A stretch of DNA of 24,000 bases from Caldicellulosiruptor saccharolyticus DSM 8903. GTDB lineage: Bacteria; Bacillota; Thermoanaerobacteria; Caldicellulosiruptorales; Caldicellulosiruptoraceae. The DNA is taken from contig NC_009437.1 in assembly GCF_000016545.1 (NCBI RefSeq), positions 1,727,394 through 1,751,393 on the forward strand, read 5' to 3'. This document shows positions 8,501 to 18,355 of the stretch, piece after piece; the first letter of the stretch is position 1; each line of letters begins with the position of its first letter. The notes beneath the pieces were generated by a model. It was not told the origin of the DNA. It made no database searches and saw nothing but the letters and a program-made list of their open reading frames with translations. A program made the translations under genes and the position numbers.

Positions 8501-9694
8501 ATGAGGTATTCACAAAGGGCATTAAGTATTTCAGCATCGCCAACCTTAGCAATAGACGCTTTAGCTAAAAGATTAAAAGAATCTGGGGAAGATGTAATTG
8601 GATTTGGTGCTGGTGAGCCTGATTTTGACACACCTGAAAATGTGAAATATGCAGCAATTGCTGCCATTGTTAAGGGATACACAAAGTATACACCAGTTGC
8701 GGGGATTGCCTGTTTAAAAGAAGCTGTTGCAAAGTATTATAATGATAATTATGGAATTTCTTATTCTGCAGATGAAATAGTCATTTCGAATGGTGCAAAG
8801 CATTCTCTGATGAATGTTTTTTTTGCTCTCTTGAACGAAGGTGATGAGGTACTCCTTCCATCTCCATATTGGGTTACATATCCAGAGCTTATAAAACTTG
8901 CAGGTGGCAAGGTCGTAGTTGTACCAACAACAAAAGAGTCAAATTACAAGGTAAATAGTAGAGATTTACAGAAATATATCACATCTAAAACAAAGGCTTT
9001 TGTTTTAAATTCTCCGTCGAATCCGAGTGGCATGGTCTATACATATGAAGAGCTTAAAGAAATTGTTGAACTTTGTATACAGAATGACATATTCATTATT
9101 TCTGATGAAATTTATGACAAGCTTGTATATGATGGACAAAAGCACATATCACCAGCCTCTTTTGGTGAGAAAGCAAAAGAACTTACCATAATAGTAAATG
9201 GTGTTTCGAAATCTTATGCAATGACTGGTTGGAGAATAGGGTATACTCTTTCAAATAGAGAACTTGCCAAGATTATGACAAACCTTCAAAGCCATACAAC
9301 TTCAAACCCAAATTCAATTGCCCAGTATGCTGCATATGAGGCTTTGAGTGGTCCTCAAGAAAATCTTAAGAAGATGGTAGAAGAGTTTGCAAAAAGAAGA
9401 GATTTGATATATGAGCTTGTAAATGAGATTGAGGGTTTAAGTAGCGTAAAACCCCAAGGGGCGTTTTATATTTGGGTTGACTTATCAGGTGTTATTGGGA
9501 AAAGTTTTGACGGGAAAGTTATAGACAGTGCAACTACCTTTGCAAAGCTTCTTTTAGAAAATGAAAAAGTTGCAGTTGTTCCAAGCGAAGGCTTCGGTAT
9601 GGAAAATCATATGAGACTTTCGTATGCTACATCTGTGCAGAATATCAAAGAGGGCTTGGTTAGGATAAAGAGGTTTGTTGAAAAGCTTAAATAA
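8501..9694 (+). CDS. aspC: aspartate/aromatic aminotransferase (class I PLP aminotransferase)
   Basis: 397 aa from ATG 8501 (AAGGAG at 8490-8495). Motifs GAGEPDFDTP, NSPSNPSG and the PLP-lysine motif SKSYAMTGWRIGY. The upstream extension from 8390 in the ORF track covers the promoter and is rejected. Confidence 0.92.
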   Translation: MRYSQRALSISASPTLAIDALAKRLKESGEDVIGFGAGEPDFDTPENVKYAAIAAIVKGYTKYTPVAGIACLKEAVAKYYNDNYGISYSADEIVISNGAKHSLMNVFFALLNEGDEVLLPSPYWVTYPELIKLAGGKVVVVPTTKESNYKVNSRDLQKYITSKTKAFVLNSPSNPSGMVYTYEELKEIVELCIQNDIFIISDEIYDKLVYDGQKHISPASFGEKAKELTIIVNGVSKSYAMTGWRIGYTLSNRELAKIMTNLQSHTTSNPNSIAQYAAYEALSGPQENLKKMVEEFAKRRDLIYELVNEIEGLSSVKPQGAFYIWVDLSGVIGKSFDGKVIDSATTFAKLLLENEKVAVVPSEGFGMENHMRLSYATSVQNIKEGLVRIKRFVEKLK

Positions 9695-9745
9695 AGGTAT
9701 AATTAGAAATAGAAAATACAGAGAAAATAGAGGAAGTGAGAAAAG

Positions 9746-11176
9746 TTGCACCAAACTTATGAGACACCGCTTAACTCACGTTATGCAAGCGATGAGATGA
9801 AAAGACTTTTTTCAGATGACACAAGATTTAAACTTTGGAGAAAACTGTGGATTGCTTTGGCAGAGGCACAAAAAGAGCTGGGGCTTGACATCTCTGATGA
9901 ACAAATAGAAGAAATGAAAAAGTATTCAGATGACATAAACTATGATGTGGCAAAGCAAAAAGAAAAAGAGCTCCGCCATGATGTAATGGCTCACATTCAT
10001 GCGTTTGGTGAGCAGGCAAAAAAGGCAAGACCAATTATTCACCTTGGCGCAACAAGCTGTTTTGTGACAGACAATGCAGATATCATCATAATGTATGAGG
10101 CAATGAAGCTTATTAGAAAAAAGCTTGTCAGCTGCATAAAGGTGTTGTCTGAATTTGCTTTAAAGTACAAAGACCTGCCAACATTAGGATTTACACACTT
10201 TCAGCCTGCTCAGCTAACAACAGTCGGCAAAAGAGCAATGCTGTGGGTTCAGGACCTGATGATGGACCTACAATTTTTAGAGTATGTAATGGACCACACT
10301 TACTTAAGAGGTGTGAAGGGAACAACTGGTACACAAGCAAGTTTCATGGCTCTTTTTGATGGTGATGAAGAAAAGGTTAAGAAGCTTGACCAGCTTGTTT
10401 GTCAAAAGATGGGATTTAAAAAGAGCTTCCCACTTACATCCCAGACGTATCCGAGAAAATTTGATTATTTAGTTTTATCAATGCTTGCATCAATTGCACA
10501 AAGCGCTTATAAATTTGCAAACGATATAAGGCTCTTGCAGCACTTAAAAGAGATAGAAGAACCGTTTGAAAAAACGCAGGTTGGTTCATCAGCAATGGCC
10601 TACAAAAGAAATCCTATGAGATGTGAGAGAATCTGTGCCTTGGCAAGGTATATAATGGTCAACATTCAAAATCCACTGTTTACAGCTTCTGTCCAGTGGC
10701 TGGAGCGTACTTTGGACGATTCTGCAAACAGGCGAATAGCAATCCCTGAGGCGTTTTTAGCAACCGATGCTATTTTGAATCTTTATCACAACGTTGCAAG
10801 CGGTCTTGTTGTATATGAGAACATGATAAAAAGACATATTGAAAAAGAACTTCCGTTTATGGCAACCGAGAATATACTGATGGAAGCGGTAAAGCGTGGC
10901 GGTGACAGGCAGGATTTACATGAAAGAATTAGAAGGTATTCCATGCAAGCTGCTCAAAATGTCAAAGAATTTGGAAAGGAAAACAACCTGATTGAACTTA
11001 TTTCAAACGATCCAAGCTTTGGACTTTCAAGAGAAGAAATAGAAACTATTTTAGATCCTAAAAAATTTGTAGGAAGAGCACCATCTCAGGTAAAAGAATA
11101 CTATGAGGAATATGTAAAACCGATATTAGAAAAGTACAAAGATGACCTTGATTTCAAATCAGAGGTAAATTTATAG
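9746..11176 (+). CDS. purB: adenylosuccinate lyase (long form)
   Basis: 476 aa beginning [19 protein letters not shown]. Fumarate-lyase signature [18 protein letters not shown] start after GAGGAAGTGAG. Confidence 0.95.
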   Translation: MHQTYETPLNSRYASDEMKRLFSDDTRFKLWRKLWIALAEAQKELGLDISDEQIEEMKKYSDDINYDVAKQKEKELRHDVMAHIHAFGEQAKKARPIIHLGATSCFVTDNADIIIMYEAMKLIRKKLVSCIKVLSEFALKYKDLPTLGFTHFQPAQLTTVGKRAMLWVQDLMMDLQFLEYVMDHTYLRGVKGTTGTQASFMALFDGDEEKVKKLDQLVCQKMGFKKSFPLTSQTYPRKFDYLVLSMLASIAQSAYKFANDIRLLQHLKEIEEPFEKTQVGSSAMAYKRNPMRCERICALARYIMVNIQNPLFTASVQWLERTLDDSANRRIAIPEAFLATDAILNLYHNVASGLVVYENMIKRHIEKELPFMATENILMEAVKRGGDRQDLHERIRRYSMQAAQNVKEFGKENNLIELISNDPSFGLSREEIETILDPKKFVGRAPSQVKEYYEEYVKPILEKYKDDLDFKSEVNL

Positions 11177-11182
11177 AAAAAA

Positions 11183-11219
11183 ATAGAAAGGGACTGTTTA
11201 TTTTCCAGTCCCTTTCTAT
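11183..11219. terminator. bidirectional rho-independent terminator between convergent purB and reverse gyrase
   Basis: ATAGAAAGGGACTG (11183-11196) pairs perfectly with CAGTCCCTTTCTAT (11206-11219). A7 lies on the left and a T-rich tract on the right, so both strands read a hairpin followed by a U-run. Confidence 0.8.
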
Positions 11220-11269
11220 TAATTTCTTTTTTGTATTACAAAAGTCTTTTAAATCAAAAAAGTTCTGTC

Positions 11270-14200
11270 TCACCTTTGCATAATTTTTGTAAGCTCTTCA
11301 TATAAGCTACTTAACACACTTTGATAATCCTTTTCACCTATTTCAACAACTTCCATAAGTCTTTCAAGATCTCTTGTTGTCTCTTCGTTTATATAATCTT
11401 GGTAATGTTGTGCAAGGTAAGAATACACTTTTCTTCCGAGTGCAGTTGAACGAATCCTTCTATATTGGTCCTCGAATACATATCCTCTTTTGAAAAGGAT
11501 CTCAACCATTTTAGCATATGTGGATGGTCTTCCTATATTCTTTTGTTTCATCTCATCAATAAGCATTGCTTGGGTGAAAAGAGGAGTTGTGTGTTTCTTG
11601 TAATTTTTCTTTTCTATTATTTGGTATTCCCCACTTTCAAATTTTGAAAAAATTTGAATTGGACTAAACAAAAGCCAGCCCTCTTCTATCACTTCAATGG
11701 GCATTTCTTTTTCTATTTCTTGTTTGTCAAACCTGAAAATTAGTTTTTGATATCTTACAAGAGGGTTTTTCATCTGGCTTGTGAAAAATCTATTGAATAT
11801 AAGTTCGTACACCTTAATATGATTAGCTGTCAAACCCTGAGCAAGTCTTTCACTTGACAACTCTTTTAACTCCAAAGGTGAAATTGGCTTAACAGGTCTT
11901 ATTGCCTCGTGCGCACCTTCCGACCCGAAACTTCGGCCTACAAACAAATCTTTTTTGCCTATCTTTTCTAAGTATAATCTTGCCATATTTTGACCTGTAA
12001 GTGATATTCTGTTTGAGTCAGTTCTGTGATATGTTATAAAACCATGTTCAAACAAAAACTGTAAAATTTCCATAATTTCCTGTACGCTAAGGTTTAATTT
12101 TTGTGATGCATAAGACAAAAGTGTGGGTGTATTAAATGGCAAAATAGTCTCAAGCTCTTTTTCATTTTCTTCTACTACATCTACCAATACCTTGTCGCCA
12201 TCTATTTTGCCTTCTGCCTCAAATCCAAACCCATTTTCAAATCTCACAAAAGTAAATTCTTTTTGACTCTTTGCATATTCCTTTTCTCTTTCTATAATCC
12301 AGCCAAGGATGGTAGATTGGACTCTTCCTGCAGATAAATTATAGCTTTGAAAATTTTTCTGGAGCTTTGAGCTTAGTTCAAAACCCACCCACCTGTCTTC
12401 AATTCTACGTACAATCTGAGATTTTACAAGGTTTGCATTAAAATCGCGCTGGTTTTTTATAGCACTTTCAAAACCAAATTTTGTTATTTCGTGCATTTCA
12501 ATTCGTCTTAAGTTCGGATTTACAGGTTTTAGGTACTGGGATATATCCCATGAAATCTTCTCACCCTCAACATCAGGGTCTGTTGCAACTAAAATTTCGT
12601 CTACTTCAGCTGCTATCTCACGAAGCACCTTTAATATCTCCTTTTTGTCATCAATCTTATCAGAGCCACATTTAGGACATGAAGAATACTCATCAGTAAA
12701 CTGTGTACCACAGCTTGTACAGCGTTTGATAGAGTTATAGTATGGGATAAAATTGCCGTTTGATATTTCTACCCCATGCACTCCTGTTTTTGTATCAAGG
12801 TCATACACATGTCCTTTTGAGGCAGTTATGAGCAAAATTCCATCTGGAGTTACTGATTCGTATACAGAGAGCCTTCCATACCTTCTTGTTGATGCTTTTT
12901 CTAAAAATCTTGAAATTGTCTCTGCTTTTGTGGGCGATTCTACAATCATAAGCCTTGACTTTAAATCTGAAGACCTCTCGTCTATTAAAGCCTCATTTCT
13001 GCTCATTTCAACCTCTTTTATTAGATCCTCAAAACATACCTCATCTTCGGTTTTCCATTCTTCATCAAGCAAAAACATGAGTCTTGACCTGAGACTTTCG
13101 AAAAGTAGATCATCATCTTCAAATAGAATTGAAACTCCTTTTGTCAAAGAGCTACCCAGCATTCGTGATGTTCTTCCAGAGCCTTGGATATATGTGAAAA
13201 CATCAGGGAAGAATATCTGACCCTCATCTGAGATTTTCAAGTTTGAGAAAGACTTTTTAATAAAATCAGTCCATCTATCTTGAGGAATATATTTTTTTAC
13301 TACCTCTCTTAACCTTTCGACTTGATATTTGTCTATGTTTTTAAAGAAACTTTTTAACTTGGGATGTTCTTCAAGATAGTCAGAAAACACTCTTTCTAAG
13401 ACAAACCGGGGTGCCTTTTCTATATCTGTTGAAAACCTAAACGAGGGCGTCCCCCAAAATATTGAATACTTTATTCTCAAGGGTAGGTCTATGCCTCTCA
13501 CAAGCTTTCCATAGTATGAGTATATGCCACATAGAATTTTGAGCTTTCCATCTTTGAATTCCTCAAAACTTTTTTCAAAATCTTCCCACGTTTTACCAAC
13601 AGATATTCCTTCGTTTTCTAAAAAGTTTGTCACATCTTTGCCTTCTTCTTCATTTTCAACAAATAAGAGGATGCCATCATTGAGGATTTTGATTGTCTCA
13701 AGCAGCTTTACTTTTGACTTTCCAGCAATTCTAATATTTGTAATATTTCTTACGCTGAATGTGAATCTACCTATTTCGAAACCAAGTAGCTCTCTAAACA
13801 AAAGAGGTTTTAGTCCTTGTGGCTTTGCAGTGGCAGAAGATACAATGAGAATGCCTTTAGACGGAGTAGAAGATGTGCCGTTTTGTTTTTGTTCAGGGTA
13901 CTTAACACCTTTTTTGAGGTTTTCAAATGTCTTGTCAATTGTCTTTTGGTCAATTCCAATCATCTGCAAAAGAGTGTCAATGTTTTTTGAAGATTTCAAA
14001 ATTGCATCAACATCATCTACAAATACTAATGAAAACACCTTTTTTGCAAGGTCATCTTTTCGCTTTGATATAAATTGCGATGAAACAATCAAGATGTCAA
14101 ATTCACCGTTTTCAAAGTTTTTCTCAAACTCGTCCTTTTCAGTTCTTTTCATTGATGACTTATAAGATAGAATTTTAACATTTTCTTTTGGCTCTTTATT

Positions 14201-14635
14201 GGCAAACTCAAGAAGTCTCTGATGCGTTTGTTCAACGAGCGATACAGTAGGAAAGATTAAAGCTACCTTCTTACCATTTTTTGCCATCCACAGTGTTGCA
14301 ACAAGTCCAAATGTTGTCTTACCAAGGCCTGTGGGAGCAATTAATGTGAAGCTTTTTGAAAGTAAAAGCCGCCTTGCCCAGAGCCGTTGATATCCTGTCA
14401 TCGGTTTTCCAACCTTTGATACAAAAAACTTTTCAAACTCTTTATATTCATTTTGAAAATTCCAAAAGTAGGCATAATCTTTTAGGCTATTATGTTCTTT
14501 CAAGCTTTCAAGGATATTCATATTATTTTCAAATGGTAAACACTTTTCACATGGAAGTCCTTTTTGATTTCTTGTATCTGAGTTGATACCACCACAGTTT
14601 ATGCATGAATGATAATATTTTGCTCCTGTTGCCAA
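11270..14635 (-). CDS. rgy: reverse gyrase (helicase-like domain fused to type IA topoisomerase)
   Basis: 1121 aa. N-terminal zinc finger CINCGG...CEKC. SF2 motif I APTGLGKTT and motif II VFVDDVD. Toprim start LMIVESPTKAETISRF. Second zinc ribbon CTSCGT...CPKCG. Topo IA active-site region ITYHRTDS. TTG start 8 nt after AAGGGGGA. Confidence 0.97.
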   Translation of the reverse strand: MATGAKYYHSCINCGGINSDTRNQKGLPCEKCLPFENNMNILESLKEHNSLKDYAYFWNFQNEYKEFEKFFVSKVGKPMTGYQRLWARRLLLSKSFTLIAPTGLGKTTFGLVATLWMAKNGKKVALIFPTVSLVEQTHQRLLEFANKEPKENVKILSYKSSMKRTEKDEFEKNFENGEFDILIVSSQFISKRKDDLAKKVFSLVFVDDVDAILKSSKNIDTLLQMIGIDQKTIDKTFENLKKGVKYPEQKQNGTSSTPSKGILIVSSATAKPQGLKPLLFRELLGFEIGRFTFSVRNITNIRIAGKSKVKLLETIKILNDGILLFVENEEEGKDVTNFLENEGISVGKTWEDFEKSFEEFKDGKLKILCGIYSYYGKLVRGIDLPLRIKYSIFWGTPSFRFSTDIEKAPRFVLERVFSDYLEEHPKLKSFFKNIDKYQVERLREVVKKYIPQDRWTDFIKKSFSNLKISDEGQIFFPDVFTYIQGSGRTSRMLGSSLTKGVSILFEDDDLLFESLRSRLMFLLDEEWKTEDEVCFEDLIKEVEMSRNEALIDERSSDLKSRLMIVESPTKAETISRFLEKASTRRYGRLSVYESVTPDGILLITASKGHVYDLDTKTGVHGVEISNGNFIPYYNSIKRCTSCGTQFTDEYSSCPKCGSDKIDDKKEILKVLREIAAEVDEILVATDPDVEGEKISWDISQYLKPVNPNLRRIEMHEITKFGFESAIKNQRDFNANLVKSQIVRRIEDRWVGFELSSKLQKNFQSYNLSAGRVQSTILGWIIEREKEYAKSQKEFTFVRFENGFGFEAEGKIDGDKVLVDVVEENEKELETILPFNTPTLLSYASQKLNLSVQEIMEILQFLFEHGFITYHRTDSNRISLTGQNMARLYLEKIGKKDLFVGRSFGSEGAHEAIRPVKPISPLELKELSSERLAQGLTANHIKVYELIFNRFFTSQMKNPLVRYQKLIFRFDKQEIEKEMPIEVIEEGWLLFSPIQIFSKFESGEYQIIEKKNYKKHTTPLFTQAMLIDEMKQKNIGRPSTYAKMVEILFKRGYVFEDQYRRIRSTALGRKVYSYLAQHYQDYINEETTRDLERLMEVVEIGEKDYQSVLSSLYEELTKIMQR

Positions 14636-14687
14636 GCAAAATTCCCCCTTATTCTTTTTTGAGGGCTTTTAGTTTTTCTAATTTTCA

Positions 14688-14716
14688 AATATACTAATGG
14701 TTTTGGAAAAATTCAA
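14688..14716 (-). promoter_or_regulatory. candidate sigma-A promoter of reverse gyrase
   Basis: On the minus strand: TTGAAT (14716-14711), 17-nt spacer, TATATT (14693-14688). Confidence 0.5.
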
Positions 14717-14720
14717 TATT

Positions 14721-14764
14721 AAAAAAAGCTGCCCACTTTAAAATTTTCCCATCGGGGCAGCTTT
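14721..14764 (-). terminator. rho-independent terminator of the asd-dapA-dapB-ACT operon
   Basis: 10-bp stem AAAGCTGCCC / GGGCAGCTTT (14725-14734 and 14755-14764) with a 20-nt loop. On the minus strand it is followed by a T-run (plus-strand A7 at 14721-14727). Confidence 0.7.
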
Positions 14765-14771
14765 TCAAAGT

Positions 14772-15245
14772 TTACTCTAATTCAAATCTCTGTTTTATAA
14801 TCTCAACGGCCTTTTCTTCATCTTTTTGGTCAATCAAGTATGAGATGTCAACCTCGCTTGTTGTCACCATCTTAAGCTCAACACCTGCTTCTGCCAAAGT
14901 GGTGAAAAGGGATGCTGCAACGCCCGGCAAATCTCTCATAGCTTCACCGTAGATACTCAGCTTTGTCAGGTTAGAAATTATGTCAATTCTTAAATGTGGA
15001 ATCTCTTTTTTGAACTTGCTCAGCGCTGAAATTGCCTTTGGCACATTTTCTTCATCAAGACTAAATGATAGATTTATATTCCCTTTGTACGGGGCTGTCT
15101 GGCTAATCATGTCAATGTTTATTCCGTGGCTTGCTACTTCATTGAAGATTGAGGCAATCAGGTCTATTTTGTTTGGGACATTATCCAATGTTATCATGGC
15201 AACGTTTTGAGTGACATTTAAATTTGTCACAGGCTTCAAATTCAA
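14772..15245 (-). CDS. stand-alone tandem ACT-domain protein (aspartokinase regulatory/beta-subunit-like)
   Basis: 157 aa. Two ACT-like repeats (VAMITLDNVPNKIDLIASIFNEVASHGINIDMISQ and LSIYGEAMRDLPGVAASLFTTLAEAGVELKMVTTSE) resemble the C-terminal regulatory half of aspartate kinases, but there is no kinase domain. The start is TTG 15245 or TTG 15239, after GAGGTG. Confidence 0.8.
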   Translation of the reverse strand: MNLKPVTNLNVTQNVAMITLDNVPNKIDLIASIFNEVASHGINIDMISQTAPYKGNINLSFSLDEENVPKAISALSKFKKEIPHLRIDIISNLTKLSIYGEAMRDLPGVAASLFTTLAEAGVELKMVTTSEVDISYLIDQKDEEKAVEIIKQRFELE

Positions 15246-15251
15246 AACACC

Positions 15252-16010
15252 TCACATTGAATTAATCAGATCACTCATGTTATATATACCCGGCTTTTTG
15301 TCTTTTATAAACATTGCAGCCCTGATACTACCGTTTGCAAAAACCTCTTTTGAAAGGGCTGTGTGTTTTATCTCTATAATCTCATCTGGACCAGCAAAAA
15401 TAACACTGTGCTCTCCAACAATTGTACCTCCGCGCACCGAAAAAATTCCTATCTCATTTTGAGCCCTTTTCTTTCTTCTTGTATGCCTGTCGTAGATGTA
15501 CTCATACGCATTGTTTGCAACCTCATTGATAGCATCTGCAAGCATAAGAGCTGTGCCAGAAGGTGCGTCAATCTTCTGGTTGTGATGTTTTTCAACAATT
15601 TCAATATCAAACCTACTTCCCAGCGTCTTGTATGCTTTTTGTACAAGATCTGCAACAAGGTTAACACCAAGTGACATGTTGGCAGACCAAAAAACTGGTA
15701 TCTCTTTTGAAGACTCAACAATCTTTTCTTTCTGTTCACTTGTAAAGCCTGTTGTGGCAATTACAATTGGTTTTTTCTTTGCCTTTGCAAATTCTAAAAT
15801 TGCAAGTGTAGCCTCTGGCAGAGAAAAATCAATTATTACATCAAACTCTTCTTGAATTTGAGAAGGATTACTGTAAACAGGATAGTCAAAATTTCTTGTA
15901 GTGTTCAAATCAACACCTGCAACAATTGTAACATCTTCATATGTTTTTGCAACCTTGCTAACAACTTGACCCATCTTGCCATTGCAACCGTTAAGTAAAA
16001 CTTTTAGCAT
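15252..16010 (-). CDS. dapB: 4-hydroxy-tetrahydrodipicolinate reductase
   Basis: 252 aa. N-terminal NAD(P) fold LNGCNGKMGQ and the DapB signature EIVEKHHNQKIDAPSGTA. Confidence 0.95.
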   Translation of the reverse strand: MLKVLLNGCNGKMGQVVSKVAKTYEDVTIVAGVDLNTTRNFDYPVYSNPSQIQEEFDVIIDFSLPEATLAILEFAKAKKKPIVIATTGFTSEQKEKIVESSKEIPVFWSANMSLGVNLVADLVQKAYKTLGSRFDIEIVEKHHNQKIDAPSGTALMLADAINEVANNAYEYIYDRHTRRKKRAQNEIGIFSVRGGTIVGEHSVIFAGPDEIIEIKHTALSKEVFANGSIRAAMFIKDKKPGIYNMSDLINSM

Positions 16011-16065
16011 TTGTACATCACATCCATCTATGTTTAGTTTTTTAGAGATGTTTAAAAACGTTTTT

Positions 16066-16953
16066 TTACTCTTTTATGTTTATTCCATAGTCAATAAGAG
16101 CTTTTTTAAGTATCTCTCTATTTTTCTCAGTCATTGTAGTAAGAGGAAGTCTTGGCCTTCCGACATTGAATCCCATCATATTCATAGCTTCTTTTACAGG
16201 TATTGGATTTACCTCAATAAATAATGCTTTGATAATTGGAAGTAGCTTTAGCTGCAGCTCTTTTGCCTTTTCAACCTGGCCGTTTAAGAAATACTCAACA
16301 ATATCATGTGTCTCATCAGGCAAAATGTTAGCAAGAACTGAGATCACACCAATTCCACCAACAGAGAGTACTGGTACAATCTGGTCGTCGTTTCCAGAAT
16401 AGATGTCTATGTCAGGGCAGAGCATAGCAATTTCTGCAACCTGGGTGATATTTCCGCTTGCTTCTTTAATAGCTCTTATATTAGGAAGTTTTGAAAGCTC
16501 CTTCATTGTCTCGGGCAGTATATTTAGCCCTGTTCTTGATGGAACATTGTAGACAATTATAGGGATTGACACAGCATCATTTATTTCTTTGAAGTGTTCA
16601 ATCAGACCTTTTTGGGTTGTCTTATTGTAGTAAGGTGTTACATGCAAAAGACCATCTGCACCAAGCTCTTGGGCTTTTTTGGAAAGATATACTGCATGTT
16701 TTGTATGGTTGCTGCCAACACCTGCAATGACAGGTTTTCTACCAGCTACCCTGTCAATGACAAATCTAATTACCTCTAAATGCTCATCATCTGGCATTGT
16801 TGAAGGTTCGCCGGTTGTGCCACATACGATGATAGCATCTGTTTTGTGCTCAAGATGAAAATCAACAAGCCTCCCAAGAACTTCAAAGTCCACGCTTTCC
16901 TCGTCCTTAAAAGGTGTTATCAAGGCAACACCTGAGCCTTTAAAAATTGGCAT
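16066..16953 (-). CDS. dapA: 4-hydroxy-tetrahydrodipicolinate synthase
   Basis: MPIFKGSGVALITPF..., GTTGE, YNVPSRTG, AIKEASG (Schiff-base Lys). ATG 16953 lies 10 nt after GGGAGG. The ATG 16971 of the ORF track overlaps that SD. Confidence 0.95.
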   Translation of the reverse strand: MPIFKGSGVALITPFKDEESVDFEVLGRLVDFHLEHKTDAIIVCGTTGEPSTMPDDEHLEVIRFVIDRVAGRKPVIAGVGSNHTKHAVYLSKKAQELGADGLLHVTPYYNKTTQKGLIEHFKEINDAVSIPIIVYNVPSRTGLNILPETMKELSKLPNIRAIKEASGNITQVAEIAMLCPDIDIYSGNDDQIVPVLSVGGIGVISVLANILPDETHDIVEYFLNGQVEKAKELQLKLLPIIKALFIEVNPIPVKEAMNMMGFNVGRPRLPLTTMTEKNREILKKALIDYGINIKE

Positions 16954-17008
16954 AGCTATAAAACCTCCCATTTATTCAAAACATTAAATTATAGTCAAAC
17001 TAAAAAAA

Positions 17009-18010
17009 TTAACTAAAGAAATACTCAATTACCTTCTCAGCTATCTGAACAGCGTTTGTAGCAGCACCTTTTCTAATATTGTCAGCAACAACCCAAAGAT
17101 TTACACCACTTTCAACAGATTCATCTCTTCTGATTCTTCCAACATACACTTCATCCTTACCAGATACATAGATTGGCATTGGATACAAAAGATTTTCTGG
17201 GTCGTCCTGAACAACAACACCTGGTGCCTGTCTTAAAGTTTCTTTTAATTCTTCTAAATCAAATTGTTTTTCAAATTCAACGTTAATGGACTCACTATGA
17301 CCATTGAAAACAGGTACCCTTACGGTTGTTGCTGTAATTTTGATAGAGTCATCATGCAAAATCTTCCTTGTTTCATTTATCATCTTCATTTCTTCTTTTG
17401 TATATCCATTTTCTAAGAAAACGTCAATATGAGGAATTACATTTCCTGCAATTGGATATGGAAATTTCTTTGGTGGAGCACCTTTTAAACCTTCTTCCAA
17501 ATCTAAATATCCTTGATACCCAGCACCAGAAACTGCCTGATATGTTGAGTACACAATCCTCTTTATTTTGTACTTGTCATGCAAAGGTTTTAAAACAACA
17601 ACTGCCTGAATTGTTGAGCAGTTTGGATTTGCGATAATTCCCTTATGCCACTTAATATCCTCTGGATTTACCTCTGGTACAACCAAGGGAACATCTTTCT
17701 CCATACGCCATGCGCTTGAGTTGTCAATTACAATGCAGCCTTTGGAAGCTGCTATTGGTGCAAAGTGGAGAGAGGTAGATGCACCAGCTGAGAAAAGTGC
17801 AATGTCTATCCCTCTATCAAATGAATCTTCTTTTAGCTCTTCTACAATGTATTCCTTTCCCATAAACTCAACCTTTGTACCAGCTGACCTGCTTGAAGCA
17901 AATAGGTAATATTCTTCAACAGGAAGATTTCTCTCTTCTAACACCTTCAAGAATGTTCTACCAACCATACCAGTTGCGCCAACTATTGCCATTTTGATTT
18001 TCCTTGCCAT
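17009..18010 (-). CDS. asd: aspartate-semialdehyde dehydrogenase
   Basis: 333 aa. IVGATGMVG NAD fold, active-site NPNCSTI, SGAG motif. GAGGAGG RBS upstream. Confidence 0.95.
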   Translation of the reverse strand: MARKIKMAIVGATGMVGRTFLKVLEERNLPVEEYYLFASSRSAGTKVEFMGKEYIVEELKEDSFDRGIDIALFSAGASTSLHFAPIAASKGCIVIDNSSAWRMEKDVPLVVPEVNPEDIKWHKGIIANPNCSTIQAVVVLKPLHDKYKIKRIVYSTYQAVSGAGYQGYLDLEEGLKGAPPKKFPYPIAGNVIPHIDVFLENGYTKEEMKMINETRKILHDDSIKITATTVRVPVFNGHSESINVEFEKQFDLEELKETLRQAPGVVVQDDPENLLYPMPIYVSGKDEVYVGRIRRDESVESGVNLWVVADNIRKGAATNAVQIAEKVIEYFFS

Positions 18011-18073
18011 TTTTGAATTAGCCTCCTCTAAAAATATTTTACTTTATTTCTGCATATAAAATCAAATAAAACT

Positions 18074-18099
18074 AAAAAAAGCTGGTCTTCAGCCAGCTT
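18074..18099 (-). terminator. terminator of the lysine-riboswitch expression platform
   Basis: On the minus strand: AAGCTGG CTGAAGA CCAGCTT followed by T7. It lies between the aptamer and asd. Confidence 0.7.
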
Positions 18100-18143
18100 C
18101 TGTTAATATATTGTATAACAAGAATTATACAATATATTAACAG
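18100..18143. repeat. perfect 18-bp AT-rich palindrome between the L-box aptamer and its terminator
   Basis: CTGTTAATATATTGTATA (18100-18117) and TATACAATATATTAACAG (18126-18143) with an 8-nt spacer. It abuts the P1 3' strand on one side and the terminator on the other. Confidence 0.85.
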
Positions 18144-18314
18144 ATAGCGCTCCACCAATCTTTCAATTGGTGACAGTTGCATGGATATTCTCCATGCACC
18201 CAGGGAAGTTTCCAAGAAGAAAGAAACTCCCTTCGGCGTCTTTTCCTTTCAGCAGGCTTCATCTGTGTCTTCTTTCACATCCGCCTGCCTACTCTTAAAA
18301 GACGCGCCTCTATC
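18143..18314 (-). promoter_or_regulatory. lysine (L-box) riboswitch aptamer
   Basis: On the minus strand: GATAGAGGCGCG...AAGAGTAG...GTGAAAG...GCCGAAGGG...CTGGGTGCATGGA...CCATGCAACTGTCACC...TGGTGGAGCGCTATC. These are the conserved L-box blocks in the correct order, upstream of lysine-branch genes. Confidence 0.9.
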
Positions 18315-18355
18315 TATTAATATATTATGAGCTATTCACTTTTTGCGTTTATTTA

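Noticed and set aside
12481-14586. Several plus-strand ORFs (64 to 213 aa) inside the reverse gyrase gene
   Set aside because: These are Ser/Phe/Leu-rich antisense shadows of an AT-rich, Lys/Glu-rich gene. They lack motifs and SD sequences.
14980-15855. Plus-strand ORFs (76, 83, 103 and 75 aa) and a minus-strand 103-aa ORF over the ACT and dapB genes
   Set aside because: They are alternative-frame or antisense ORFs inside well-supported genes and have no independent support.
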